Below, piece after piece: positions 27,339 through 36,603 of a stretch of DNA of 64,000 nucleotides; the stretch's first letter is position 1, and every line of letters begins with the position of its first letter. A program made the position numbers and the translations under genes. The DNA lies in assembly GCA_030653505.1 (NCBI GenBank), contig JAURZK010000185.1, positions 13,807 through 77,806 of the forward strand. Reading direction: 5' to 3'. The notes beneath the pieces were generated by a model. That model was not told the DNA's origin and searched no databases. It saw nothing but the letters and a program-made list of their open reading frames with translations. This DNA is from Rubrivivax sp. Lineage in GTDB: Bacteria; Pseudomonadota; Gammaproteobacteria; Burkholderiales; Burkholderiaceae_C.

Positions 27339-28367
27339 CTACTTCAAGCCTGCGGAGAAGGCGTTCAGCACCTCGGTGCCGGCACGGCCGCGGCGGTCGA
27401 GGTTGGCTGCCCAGTCGGTCGACACGTCCTGCAACACGGTGGCCAGGCTGGCCTTGTCGGCGGCCGACAGCGGGATGAACTTCACGCCCGCGGCCTTGAC
27501 CTTCTCGACGTCGCCGGCCTCGTCTTTCTCGACCTGCGCGCAGGCGCTGCGCGTGAGCTGCTCGCCCATCGCCGTCAAGTCCTGCTGCACGCCGGCGGGC
27601 AGGGTCTGCCAGCGCTTTTCGCTGATCACCCAGTTGGCGACGAAGGTGCCGAAGTTCTCGCCGAAGGTCGAGGTCTTGGACAGCTTGTGGATCTCGTAGG
27701 GCGGCAGGCTGTTGAAGGGGAAGAGCACGCCGTCGATGGTGCCGCGCGACAGCGACTCGTACACGTCGGGCGTGGGCATCAGCACGGGCGTGGCCTTGAG
27801 CTTCTTCAGGACCAGTTCCTTGGCCGAACCCGAGGCGCGGATCTTCATGCCCTCGAGGTCCTTCAGGTTGGCGAAGGGCTTGCGCGTGACCACCTGGTAA
27901 GGCGGCAGCACGATGGTGAAGAGCAGGCGCACGCCGTTGGGCGCAAATTCCTTCTTGTCGAGCAGGCCGCCGGGCTTGGCCAGGTTCCAGTAGGCCAGCG
28001 TGCCCTTGCACGAGCCGGTGAAGTCCAGCGGCAGTTCGGCGACCACCGACAGCGGCATCTTGTCGGACACGAAACCCGGCGCGACGTAGGCGATATCGAC
28101 CACCCCCGACTGCACCAGCGACAGGAAGTCCTTGGCCTTGCCCATCTGCTCGGCCGGGTAGTACTCGAACTCGATGCCCTTGGCGGCGGGGTTGGCCTTC
28201 AGGCGTTCCACCATCGGCGTGGTGATGTAGCGCGGCAGGTAGTGGCCGACCGGGAAGGAATCGGCGATCTTGATCTTGACCGGTGTCTGCGCCACGGCGT
28301 TGCCCGCCACGGTGAGGCACAGCGAGGCGGCCATGGCGGTGGCGGCATGTTGGAAGACCTTGTTCAT
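27339..28367 (-). CDS. dctP: TRAP transporter substrate-binding protein
   Basis: Signal peptide; YPAEQMG, DLEGMKIRA, PVLMPTPDVYESLSRGTIDG; start is ATG 28367. Confidence 0.9.
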   Translation of the reverse strand: MNKVFQHAATAMAASLCLTVAGNAVAQTPVKIKIADSFPVGHYLPRYITTPMVERLKANPAAKGIEFEYYPAEQMGKAKDFLSLVQSGVVDIAYVAPGFVSDKMPLSVVAELPLDFTGSCKGTLAYWNLAKPGGLLDKKEFAPNGVRLLFTIVLPPYQVVTRKPFANLKDLEGMKIRASGSAKELVLKKLKATPVLMPTPDVYESLSRGTIDGVLFPFNSLPPYEIHKLSKTSTFGENFGTFVANWVISEKRWQTLPAGVQQDLTAMGEQLTRSACAQVEKDEAGDVEKVKAAGVKFIPLSAADKASLATVLQDVSTDWAANLDRRGRAGTEVLNAFSAGLK

Positions 28368-28429
28368 GTCTGAAGGACCTTTCGTTGGCAGGGCGGGGGA
28401 AACGGGCGTGGAGGATCGGCCGGGGCCGA

Positions 28430-29719
28430 CTACGGCGACATCTGGGCAGGCAGCCAGAGAATGATCTGGGGAAAGGCGACCAGCACCACCAGCAGCATCA
28501 GGTGGGTGATGACGTGCGGCATGACACCGGCGAAGATCTCCTTCAGCGGCCGCTTGGCGTAGCGCGACACGACGAAGACGTTCAGGCCGATGGGCGGTGT
28601 GACGAGCCCGACCTCGGCGACGACGATGATGATCACGCCGAACCACACCGGGTCGAAACCCAGCGCCTTGATGAGCGGCAGCACGATGGGCACGGTGAGG
28701 ATGAGGATGGCCACCTGGTCCATCAGGCAACCCAGCACCAGATAGCCGAAGAGGATGAAGGCCAGCACCAGCCATGGCGAGACATCCAGTGCACCCACCC
28801 AGCTGACGATGGCTTGGGTGGACTGCGTCAGCGTGACGAAGTAGCCGAAGACCTTCGCGCAGACGACGATCATGATGATCATGCAGCTGGCGTGTGCCGC
28901 ATGCGTCAGCGCCCGCATCAGCGCCACGCCGGTGACGCGGCGCTCGCGGATGGCCAGCACGAAGGCGCCGAAGGCCCCCAGGCCCGAGGCTTCGGTGGGC
29001 GTGGCGATGCCGGTGTAGATGACACCGGTGACGCACATGAACAGCACCACCATGGGGCCCACGACGCGCAGCGACGCGAACTTTTCGCGCATGGTGTAGG
29101 CGTTGCCGCGCGGTGCCGATTCGGGCTTGAGCGTCACCAGAAGCCACACCGTGCCGACGATGGTCAGCATGACCAGGATGCCGGGGATGACACCGCCGAT
29201 GAGCAGCTGGCCGATGCTGACGTCGGCAATGATCCCGTAGAGCACCAGCGCGATGCTGGGCGGGATCAACATCGCCAGCGTGCCCGAGATGGCCACCACG
29301 CCGGCCGCCAGCTTGGGCTCGTAACCCTGCTTCAGCATCGCCGGCATGGTGGTCGACGACAGCGTGGCTGCCGATGCCGTGCTCGACCCCGAGATGGCGC
29401 CGAAACCCGCGCCCGCCACCGCGGTGGCCATGGCCAGGCCACCGGGCACGCGCCCCACCCAGGTGGCCGCGGCCTTGAAGAGGTTGTCGGCCACGCCGCT
29501 CAGGATCACGAACTCGGCCATCAGGATGAACATCGGCACCGAGATCAGCTCGTAGCTGCCGGCGGTGGACAGCGGCGCGGTGGTTATCACGCCCTTCAGC
29601 GTTTCCAGCCCGCCCACGAGATAGAGGCCGATGCTGCCGGCGGTCATCAGCGAGAAGGCCACCGGCATGCCGATGGTCAGCAGCACCAGCAGCAGCAGCG
29701 AGATGCCGGCGGCGATCAT
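28430..29719 (-). CDS. dctM: TRAP transporter large permease
   Basis: GMPVAFSL, VPMFILM, GAISGSSTA, GTLAMLIPPS, GL.TPPIGLNVF; start is ATG 29719. Confidence 0.95.
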   Translation of the reverse strand: MIAAGISLLLLVLLTIGMPVAFSLMTAGSIGLYLVGGLETLKGVITTAPLSTAGSYELISVPMFILMAEFVILSGVADNLFKAAATWVGRVPGGLAMATAVAGAGFGAISGSSTASAATLSSTTMPAMLKQGYEPKLAAGVVAISGTLAMLIPPSIALVLYGIIADVSIGQLLIGGVIPGILVMLTIVGTVWLLVTLKPESAPRGNAYTMREKFASLRVVGPMVVLFMCVTGVIYTGIATPTEASGLGAFGAFVLAIRERRVTGVALMRALTHAAHASCMIIMIVVCAKVFGYFVTLTQSTQAIVSWVGALDVSPWLVLAFILFGYLVLGCLMDQVAILILTVPIVLPLIKALGFDPVWFGVIIIVVAEVGLVTPPIGLNVFVVSRYAKRPLKEIFAGVMPHVITHLMLLVVLVAFPQIILWLPAQMSP

Positions 29720-30288
29720 GAGGTGAGTTCCTCGGTGCCCGAGATGGCGGGCAGCGGCCGCAGGTCGCGCCCGGTCACCAGGCTGCCGATGTGGCCCCAG
29801 GCGTGCAGCGCCAGGCGCAGCGAGAGCAGGCCGAAGCCGATGGGCAGCATGAGGCTGATGGTCCAGGTGGGCAGTTCCATGCCGCTGCTGGAAACCGAAC
29901 CGGCCTGCAGGTCGTTCAAGGTGTTCTGCGCCGACACCCAGGCGGCCAGGCCGAACACCGGTGTGGCCAGCGTGCTGCTGAAGGCCTCGAACATGCGGCG
30001 TGTGCGGCGGCTGACGTAGTTGTGCAGGATGTCGACGCAAACGTGGGCGTTGGAGCGCAGCGTGTGCGAGGCGACCATGAAGAACAGGCCCGGCATCAGG
30101 TAGCTGGAGATGATCTCGTAGGACCAGGCCAGCGGCGCGTTGAACAGGTAGCGCAGAGAGACGTCGGCCACCACCACCATCATCAGCGAGAAGAGCATCA
30201 GGCAGCCGACGGCGAGCAGCGCCGTGTCGATGGCGTTGACGACACGGCTCAGGCGGTTGTAGACGGTCACGGTGGCGGCGTCGGACAT
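29716..30288 (-). CDS. dctQ: TRAP transporter small permease
   Basis: DV.LRY.FNAPL.W..E, HV.VDIL, four predicted TM segments; start is ATG 30288. Confidence 0.9.
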   Translation of the reverse strand: MSDAATVTVYNRLSRVVNAIDTALLAVGCLMLFSLMMVVVADVSLRYLFNAPLAWSYEIISSYLMPGLFFMVASHTLRSNAHVCVDILHNYVSRRTRRMFEAFSSTLATPVFGLAAWVSAQNTLNDLQAGSVSSSGMELPTWTISLMLPIGFGLLSLRLALHAWGHIGSLVTGRDLRPLPAISGTEELTS

Positions 30289-30293
30289 GGTGC

Positions 30294-31055
30294 TCAGCGG
30301 CCCTTCCATTGCGGTTTGCGCTTCTCGCGGAAGGCTAGCGGGCCTTCCTGCGCATCGGCACTGCGGTAGACCCTGTCGAAGAGGTGCGTGGCGGCCTGCA
30401 GCGCGGCCGAGGTGCCCATCTCGTTGGACAGGTAGACGAGCTCGCGTGCAGCGCGCACCGTCAGCGGCGCATTGGCAGCGATCTTTCCGGCCAGCTCGAA
30501 ACACTTCGGCAGCAGGTCGGCCGCGGGCACGACGTGGTTGACGAAGCCGATCTCGTGCGCGCGCTGCGCGCCGATGGGCTCGCCCGTCAGCAGCAGTTCC
30601 ATCATCGCCCGCTGCTTCACCATGTGCGCCAGCGGCACGGCCCAGGGCATCCCTCGGCCGACACGCGCCTCGGTGATGCCGAAGCTGGCGTGATCGGCGG
30701 CCACGCACAGGTCGCACATCTGCGCAAACATCCAGCCGCCGGCGTAGGCCACGCCGTTGACGGCGGCGATGGTCGGCTTGCTCAAGTGCAGGCTCTGGCC
30801 GATGACGGGCAGAAAACCCGGCGGCAGCACACCCAGGCCGGTGGCCGCGGCTTCCTTCAGGTCCATGCCGGCGCAGAAGGCCTTTTCGCCCGCGCCGGTG
30901 AGGATGGCCACCAGCGCCGTGTCGTCGGCCTCGTAGCGCGCGAAGGCCTCGTAGAGACCCGCGCGCACGTCGGCGTTGATGGCGTTGTGGGCCGACGGGC
31001 GGTCGATGGTGATCAGCACCACCGCGCCGCGCTGTTCGTAGAGCACGTCCTTCAT
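30294..31055 (-). CDS. Enoyl-CoA hydratase/isomerase
   Basis: ITIDRP.AHNAI, AFCAGMDL, AAVNGVAYAGG, FGITEARVG; start is ATG 31055. Confidence 0.92.
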   Translation of the reverse strand: MKDVLYEQRGAVVLITIDRPSAHNAINADVRAGLYEAFARYEADDTALVAILTGAGEKAFCAGMDLKEAAATGLGVLPPGFLPVIGQSLHLSKPTIAAVNGVAYAGGWMFAQMCDLCVAADHASFGITEARVGRGMPWAVPLAHMVKQRAMMELLLTGEPIGAQRAHEIGFVNHVVPAADLLPKCFELAGKIAANAPLTVRAARELVYLSNEMGTSAALQAATHLFDRVYRSADAQEGPLAFREKRKPQWKGR

Positions 31056-31507
31056 GCCACCACCTTCTTCTTCATCATCGCCGTGCGACGGCAGACCGCC
31101 ACCACCTCGTCGCGCTGGTTCAGGCCGGTGTGCTCGAACTCCACCAGCCCGACATCGGGGCGCGAGTTGCTGGGCCGCATGGAGACCACGGTGGTGTGCA
31201 CGTGCAGCGTGTCGCCGTGGAACACCGGCTTCGGAAAGCGCACGTCGCTCATGCCCAGGTTGGCCACCGTGGTGCCCAGCGTGGTGTCGTTGACCGACAT
31301 GCCGACCACCAGCCCCAGCGTGTACAGGCTGTTGAAGAGGCGCTGGCCCCATTCGGTGCCGGCGGCGAAGTGGGCGTCGATGTGCAGCGGCTGCGGGTTC
31401 ATGGTCAGCAGGCTGAACATGGTGTTGTCCATCTCGGTCACGGTGCGCGACCAGGGGTGGATGAAGGCCTGTCCGACCGAGAACTCTTCGTAGTGCAGAC
31501 CTGCCAT
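31052..31507 (-). CDS. MaoC family (R)-specific enoyl-CoA hydratase/dehydratase
   Basis: YEEF.VGQ.F.H...RTVTE.DN..F..LTMNPQPLH.D, F.KPVFHGDT. Confidence 0.92.
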   Translation of the reverse strand: MAGLHYEEFSVGQAFIHPWSRTVTEMDNTMFSLLTMNPQPLHIDAHFAAGTEWGQRLFNSLYTLGLVVGMSVNDTTLGTTVANLGMSDVRFPKPVFHGDTLHVHTTVVSMRPSNSRPDVGLVEFEHTGLNQRDEVVAVCRRTAMMKKKVVA

Positions 31508-31516
31508 CGTGGTGTC

Positions 31517-32680
31517 CTAGGGTTGACGCACGGCAGCGGCGTGCAGCGGTCCGGCCGGCACGCCCCAGGCCTGGGCCCAGGCCAACGCCGAGGCACCTGC
31601 GGGCTGGGGCGGCTGCGGGATGTCTGGCGGCGTGGCGCTGAAGCGCGGCGCGGGTGCGGGCTGGGTGATGCCGTCGATGTCGACGAAGGCGCCGCGTGAG
31701 GCGTGATGGGCGTGCCGTGACGCCTCCAGCGGCGCCAGCACCGGCGCGAAGCAGGCGTCGCTGCCTTCGAGCAGTGCGCACCACTGCGCCCGGGTGCGGG
31801 TGGCGAAGATCGCGGCCAGCTGCTGGCGGGCCCGGGGCCACTGCGTCGGGTCGTCCATCTCGGGCAGGTCCTGCGCCTCGGCGCCCAGGCGTTCGAGCAG
31901 CACACGCCGGAACTTGGTCTCGATCGGCGCCACCGAGACGTACTCGCCGTCGGCGCAGCGGTAGACGTCGTAGAAGGGCGCGCCCGAGTCCAGCGTGTTG
32001 GTGCCCCGCGGGCCGTTCTGCAGGCCGGCGGCGAGCAGGCCGTAGAAGGGGGTCATCAAGGCGGCGACGCCCTCGGTCATCGCCGCATCCACAACCTGCC
32101 CGCACCCCGTCTGGCGTGCGCTGAGCAATGCGCTGACGACGCCGAAAGCCAGCATCAGCGAGCCGCCCGCGTAGTCGCCCAGCAGGTTCAGCGGCGGCGT
32201 GGGTGCGGCACCTTCGCGACCGATGGCGTGCAGTGCGCCCGACAGCGCGATGTAGTTCAGGTCGTGCCCGGCGGTCTGCGCCAGCGGGCCGGTCTGCCCG
32301 TAGCCGGTGACACGGCCGTAGACCAGCCGCGGGTTGCGCGCCAGGCAGGCTTCGGGGCCCAGGCCCAGGCGCTCCAGCGTGCCGGGGCGGAAACCTTCGA
32401 GCAGCACGTCGGCGTGTTCGGCCAGGGCCAGGGCCAGCGTCAGGCCCGCGGCCGTCTTCAGGTCGACCTTGAGCTGGCGCTTGCCACGCTGCAGCAGGTC
32501 GAAACGTGCCGGCCGCGGGATGCCCAGACCGCTGGGCTCGACGCGGTCCAGCCGCAGCACCTGCGCACCCAGGTCGGCCAGCAGCATGCCGCACATCGGC
32601 CCCGGGCCGATGCCGGCGATCTCGAGCACCTTCACACCGGCCAGGGGGCCGGCGGTGGGCAGTGTGGACGAGGTGCTCAT
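31517..32680 (-). CDS. CaiB/BaiF family, alpha-methylacyl-CoA racemase-like
   Basis: GIGPGP...MLLADLGA, EGFRPG..ERLGLGP, AGHDLNYIALSG and LGDYAGG (AMACR-type His/Asp motifs). Confidence 0.88.
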   Translation of the reverse strand: MSTSSTLPTAGPLAGVKVLEIAGIGPGPMCGMLLADLGAQVLRLDRVEPSGLGIPRPARFDLLQRGKRQLKVDLKTAAGLTLALALAEHADVLLEGFRPGTLERLGLGPEACLARNPRLVYGRVTGYGQTGPLAQTAGHDLNYIALSGALHAIGREGAAPTPPLNLLGDYAGGSLMLAFGVVSALLSARQTGCGQVVDAAMTEGVAALMTPFYGLLAAGLQNGPRGTNTLDSGAPFYDVYRCADGEYVSVAPIETKFRRVLLERLGAEAQDLPEMDDPTQWPRARQQLAAIFATRTRAQWCALLEGSDACFAPVLAPLEASRHAHHASRGAFVDIDGITQPAPAPRFSATPPDIPQPPQPAGASALAWAQAWGVPAGPLHAAAVRQP

Positions 32681-32701
32681 GGGCGCGGCTGTGCAGCAGG
32701 C

Positions 32702-33868
32702 TCAATACGACTTGGGCAGGCCCAGCACCTTCTCGGCGATGTAGCACAGCACCAGTTGCGGGCTGATGGGCGCGATGCGCGGGATCAGCACCTCGCGCAG
32801 GTAACGCTCGACGTGGTATTCCTTGGCGTAGCCGAAGCCGCCGTGCGTCATCACCGCCTGTTGGCAGGCGTTGTAGCCGGCCTCGCCGGCCAGGTACTTC
32901 GCAGCGTTGGCCGCGGCGCCGCAGGGCAGGCCGCTGTCGTACTGCCAGGCGGCCTGCATCACCATCAGGTTGGCGGCTTCCAGCTCCATCCAGTTGGTGG
33001 CAAGCGGATGCTGGATGGCCTGGTTCTGGCCGATGGGACGGTTGAAGACCACACGCTCCTTCGCGTAGGCCACGGCACGGTTCAGCGCCAGGTGGCCCAG
33101 GCCCACCGCCTCGGCGGCGATGAGCACGCGCTCGGGGTTCATGCCGTGCAGGATGTATTCGAAGCCGCGACCCTCTTCGCCGATGAGGTCGTCGACCGGG
33201 ATATCGAAGTCCTCGAAGAAGAGCTCGTTCGAGTCGATGCACTTGCGCCCCATCTTCTCGATCTCGTGCACCGTCACGCGCTTGCGGTCGAAGTCGGTGT
33301 AGAAGAGGCTCAGGCCGTGTGTGGGCTTGCTCACCTCTTCCAGCGGCGTGGTGCGCGCCAGCAGCAGGATCTTGCTGGCCACCTGTGCGGTGCTGATCCA
33401 CACCTTCTGCCCGTTGACGACGTAGCGGTCGCCCCGGCGCTCTGCGCGCAGCTTGAGCTGCGTGGTGTTCAGCCCCGTGTTGGGCTCGGTGACGCCGAAG
33501 CAGCTCTTGACCTCACCACGCGCCACCGGCGGCAGCATGCGCTGGCGCTGCGCCTCGTTGCCGAACACCGCCACCGGGTTCAGCCCGAAGAGGTTGATGT
33601 GCACCGCCGATGCCGCCGACATGCCGCCACCCGACTCGGCGATGGTGCGCATCATGATCGCCGCCTCGGTGATGCCCAGGCCGGCGCCGCCATGGGCCTC
33701 GTCCATGCACATGCCCAGCCAGCCGTCGTCGGCCAGCGCGCGGTAGAAGGCCTCGGGGAAGACACCGTCGTGGTCGCGGTCGAACCAGTAGGCGTCGTCG
33801 AAACGCTGGCAGATCTTCGCGATCGTGTCGCGGATGCGTTCCTGGTCTTCGGTGAGGGCGAAGTTCAC
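32702..33868 (-). CDS. Acyl-CoA dehydrogenase
   Basis: FGVTEPNTG, NGQKVWIST, R.VF.RPIGQNQAIQH, HGGFGYAKEY; GTG start at 33868. Confidence 0.93.
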   Translation of the reverse strand: MNFALTEDQERIRDTIAKICQRFDDAYWFDRDHDGVFPEAFYRALADDGWLGMCMDEAHGGAGLGITEAAIMMRTIAESGGGMSAASAVHINLFGLNPVAVFGNEAQRQRMLPPVARGEVKSCFGVTEPNTGLNTTQLKLRAERRGDRYVVNGQKVWISTAQVASKILLLARTTPLEEVSKPTHGLSLFYTDFDRKRVTVHEIEKMGRKCIDSNELFFEDFDIPVDDLIGEEGRGFEYILHGMNPERVLIAAEAVGLGHLALNRAVAYAKERVVFNRPIGQNQAIQHPLATNWMELEAANLMVMQAAWQYDSGLPCGAAANAAKYLAGEAGYNACQQAVMTHGGFGYAKEYHVERYLREVLIPRIAPISPQLVLCYIAEKVLGLPKSY

Positions 33869-35079
33869 TTCGATTCCTGTTCTGGCGGTGTCAGCACGAC
33901 GCCCTGCGCGATCAGTTGTTCGATCTCGTCTGTGCCGTAACCCGCCTGCCGCAGCACCTCGACACCGTGTTCGCCGTGGCGCGGCGCCGGGCGCACCGGG
34001 TCGGGTGTGCTCTCCGACCAACTCATCGGCATGCGCATGGTGCGGATGGCGCCTTCGCTGGGGTGCTGCTCGATGGCGAAGAAGCCGGTGGCGACGAGGT
34101 GCGGGTCCTGCAGCACGCTCTTCAGATCGTGCATCGGCAGCATGGGAATGTCGGCCTGCTCCAGCAGCGCCATCCATTCGGCGGTGCGGCGCTGCTCGAA
34201 GATGCGCGCGAGTTCACCGTAGACGTGATCGATGGCCTGGGAACGCGCGGCGAAGTTCGCGAAGCGCGGGTCGTCGCGCAGCAGCGCTTCGCGGCCGACG
34301 GCGCGCAGGAAGCTTTCCCACTGCTTGTCGTTGTAGACCAGCGCGCAGATGTAGCCGTCACTGGTGCGGTAGGGTCGCCGCTCGGGCGAGAGCTGGCGCG
34401 CGTAACCCCCCTCGTCCAGCGGCGGCTCGAAGCTCAGGCCGCCCAGGTGGTCGCCCAGCACGAAGGCGACCATGGTCTCGAACATCGGCACGTCCACACG
34501 CTGGCCGCGGCCGGTGCGGTGGCGCGCCAGCAGCGCGGCCAGGATGCCGCCCACGGCCGTCACGCCGACGATGCGGTCGGCGATCGCCGCCGGCACGTAA
34601 CGCGGTGGCCCGCCGCTGGCGCGCGCGATCAGGTAGGACAGCGTCGCACCGCCCTGGATCAGGTCGTCGTAGGCCGGGCGCGCGGCGTAGGGGCCGTCCT
34701 GGCTGAAGCCGAAGAGCCCGGCGTAGACCAGGCGCGGGTTGAGCGCGGCCACGGTGTCGTAGTCCAGCCCCAGCCGTGCCATCGCGTTCGGACGCACGTT
34801 GTAGACCAGCACGTCGGCATCGGCCAGCAGGCGCTGCAGCACCTTCAGGCCGACGGGCTTCTTCAGGTCCAGCGCCACGCTGCGCTTGTTGCGGTTGGTG
34901 TTGAGGAAGATCGGGCCCATGTCGGCATGGCGGGCCGGGCCGATCTGGCGCACCAGGTCACCGTCGGGCGACTCGACCTTGACGACGTCGGCGCCCATGT
35001 CGCCCAGCGCCTGCGAGGCAAACGGGCCCATCAGCACCGACGTCATGTCGATGACCTTGATGCCGTGCAATGGACCCAT
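33865..35079 (-). CDS. CaiB/BaiF family III CoA-transferase
   Basis: PL.GIKVIDM....MGP.A.Q.LGDMGADV.KVESP.GD, NRNKRS..LDLK, RPAYDDLIQ (active-site Asp). Confidence 0.93.
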   Translation of the reverse strand: MGPLHGIKVIDMTSVLMGPFASQALGDMGADVVKVESPDGDLVRQIGPARHADMGPIFLNTNRNKRSVALDLKKPVGLKVLQRLLADADVLVYNVRPNAMARLGLDYDTVAALNPRLVYAGLFGFSQDGPYAARPAYDDLIQGGATLSYLIARASGGPPRYVPAAIADRIVGVTAVGGILAALLARHRTGRGQRVDVPMFETMVAFVLGDHLGGLSFEPPLDEGGYARQLSPERRPYRTSDGYICALVYNDKQWESFLRAVGREALLRDDPRFANFAARSQAIDHVYGELARIFEQRRTAEWMALLEQADIPMLPMHDLKSVLQDPHLVATGFFAIEQHPSEGAIRTMRMPMSWSESTPDPVRPAPRHGEHGVEVLRQAGYGTDEIEQLIAQGVVLTPPEQESK

Positions 35080-35149
35080 GGGCTGGTGTGTGGCGCTGGT
35101 GGATGCAGGGGAAGGCGCGGCGGCAGCCTTGCCCGTCGCAGACCTTAAT

Positions 35150-35185
35150 GTTCACTTTGGTGAACACATTGTCCACCCATGGAAA
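35150..35185. promoter_or_regulatory. Palindromic operator-like site(s) in the divergent CoA-transferase/MFS promoter
   Basis: TGTTCAC-TTTG-GTGAACA palindrome (35149-35166), followed by GTCCACCCATGGAA (35171-35184). Confidence 0.55.
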
Positions 35186-35306
35186 CCCGTTGCCACCATC
35201 GAGCGGGGTCTCCGCACGCACTGGGAAAGTGTGCGCAGCAGAAACGGCTGGCGGGCATTGGGGCTGACCCGATAGCAATGCATTCACCACCAAGTACATT
35301 CGGTGC

Positions 35307-36563
35307 ATGCACAAGAACGAAGCCGAGGCGGCGCGCTGGCGGTCGGCGGCCGCACTGCCCGTGCTGGTGCTCGCGCTGTGCTTCGCCTTCAACTTCATCG
35401 GCCGCGGCGTCGGCGACACCTACATGGTGTTCCTGCTGCCGCTGGGCGCGGAATTCGGCTGGCACCGCTCGCAGATGACGAGCGTGTATTCGGCGCTGAT
35501 GGTGGTCAGCGGGCTGGCCTCGCCGCTGTCAGGCATCGTCTTCGAACGCTGGGGCCCGCGTGTGCTCTACGCCGGCGGCCTGGCACTGCTGGGCGCGGGT
35601 TATTACCTCGTCGGGCAGGCGCGTGCGCTGTGGCAGTTCTACCTGTGCATCGGCCTGCTCGGCGGGCTGGGCGCCTCGGCCATCGGCATGGTGCCGGCGG
35701 CCGCGCTCATCAGTCGCTGGTTCGACCGCCGCATGAGCACCGCCATCGGCCTGGCCTACGCCGGCTTCGGCTGCGGTGCGCTGCTGATGGTGCCGCTGGC
35801 GCAGACGCTGATCGACAGCCGCGGCTGGCGCGCCGCCTACCACCTCATCGGCGGCACGCTGCTGGTGCTGTTGCCGCTGTCGCTGGTGCTGCCCTGGCGT
35901 CGCATCCGTGCCGGCAGCGCGGCCTTGCCGCCGCCTATGGCCCGCAGTGGCGCCGGCATGCCTTTGCCCTTGCGCGCAGCGCTGGGTCAGCGCCGCTTCT
36001 GGCTGCTGGTGCAGGTGATGTTCTTCACCGCCGTCGGCATGTACCTCATCATCGTGCAGTCGGTGGCCTACCTGGTGGACATCGGCTTCACGCCGCTGCA
36101 GGCGGCCGGTGCCTTCGGCAGCGCGGGCATGCTCTCGGTGATCGGCGTGTCGGCCGCGGGCTGGCTGGCCGACCGTTACGGCCACAAGCGCGCGGCGACG
36201 GTCAGCTTCACCGGCACTTTCCTGGGCACGGTCGTGCTCTTCGGCATGTCCTTCCAGTCCACGCACTGGCTGCTGGGCGCCTACGTGCTGCTGTTCGGCC
36301 TGTGCCAGGGTGCACGCGGTCCTGTCATCGCCAGCCTCAGTGCGCGCCTCTTTCCCGGGCCCGGGCAGGCTGCCATCTACGGCGCCATCTACGCCTGCAT
36401 GTCGGTAGGCTCGGGGCTGGGCGCGCTGCTGTCGGGCGTGCTGCACGATATGAGTGGCGGCTACCGGGCCTCTTTTGTGCTTTCGATGGTCTGCGTGCTC
36501 GCCGCGGCAGCGCCGTTCTGGACGTCCCGCATCCTCATCCCTGCAGAGAGGCCCAAGCCGTGA
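35307..36563 (+). CDS. MFS transporter
   Basis: About 12 hydrophobic segments; G..FERWGPR and GWLADRYGHKR MFS loop motifs. Confidence 0.92.
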   Translation: MHKNEAEAARWRSAAALPVLVLALCFAFNFIGRGVGDTYMVFLLPLGAEFGWHRSQMTSVYSALMVVSGLASPLSGIVFERWGPRVLYAGGLALLGAGYYLVGQARALWQFYLCIGLLGGLGASAIGMVPAAALISRWFDRRMSTAIGLAYAGFGCGALLMVPLAQTLIDSRGWRAAYHLIGGTLLVLLPLSLVLPWRRIRAGSAALPPPMARSGAGMPLPLRAALGQRRFWLLVQVMFFTAVGMYLIIVQSVAYLVDIGFTPLQAAGAFGSAGMLSVIGVSAAGWLADRYGHKRAATVSFTGTFLGTVVLFGMSFQSTHWLLGAYVLLFGLCQGARGPVIASLSARLFPGPGQAAIYGAIYACMSVGSGLGALLSGVLHDMSGGYRASFVLSMVCVLAAAAPFWTSRILIPAERPKP

Positions 36564-36603
36564 ACCTGCCTGCCCCTTCCACCCTCAGTCTTTGTCTGCA
36601 CCC

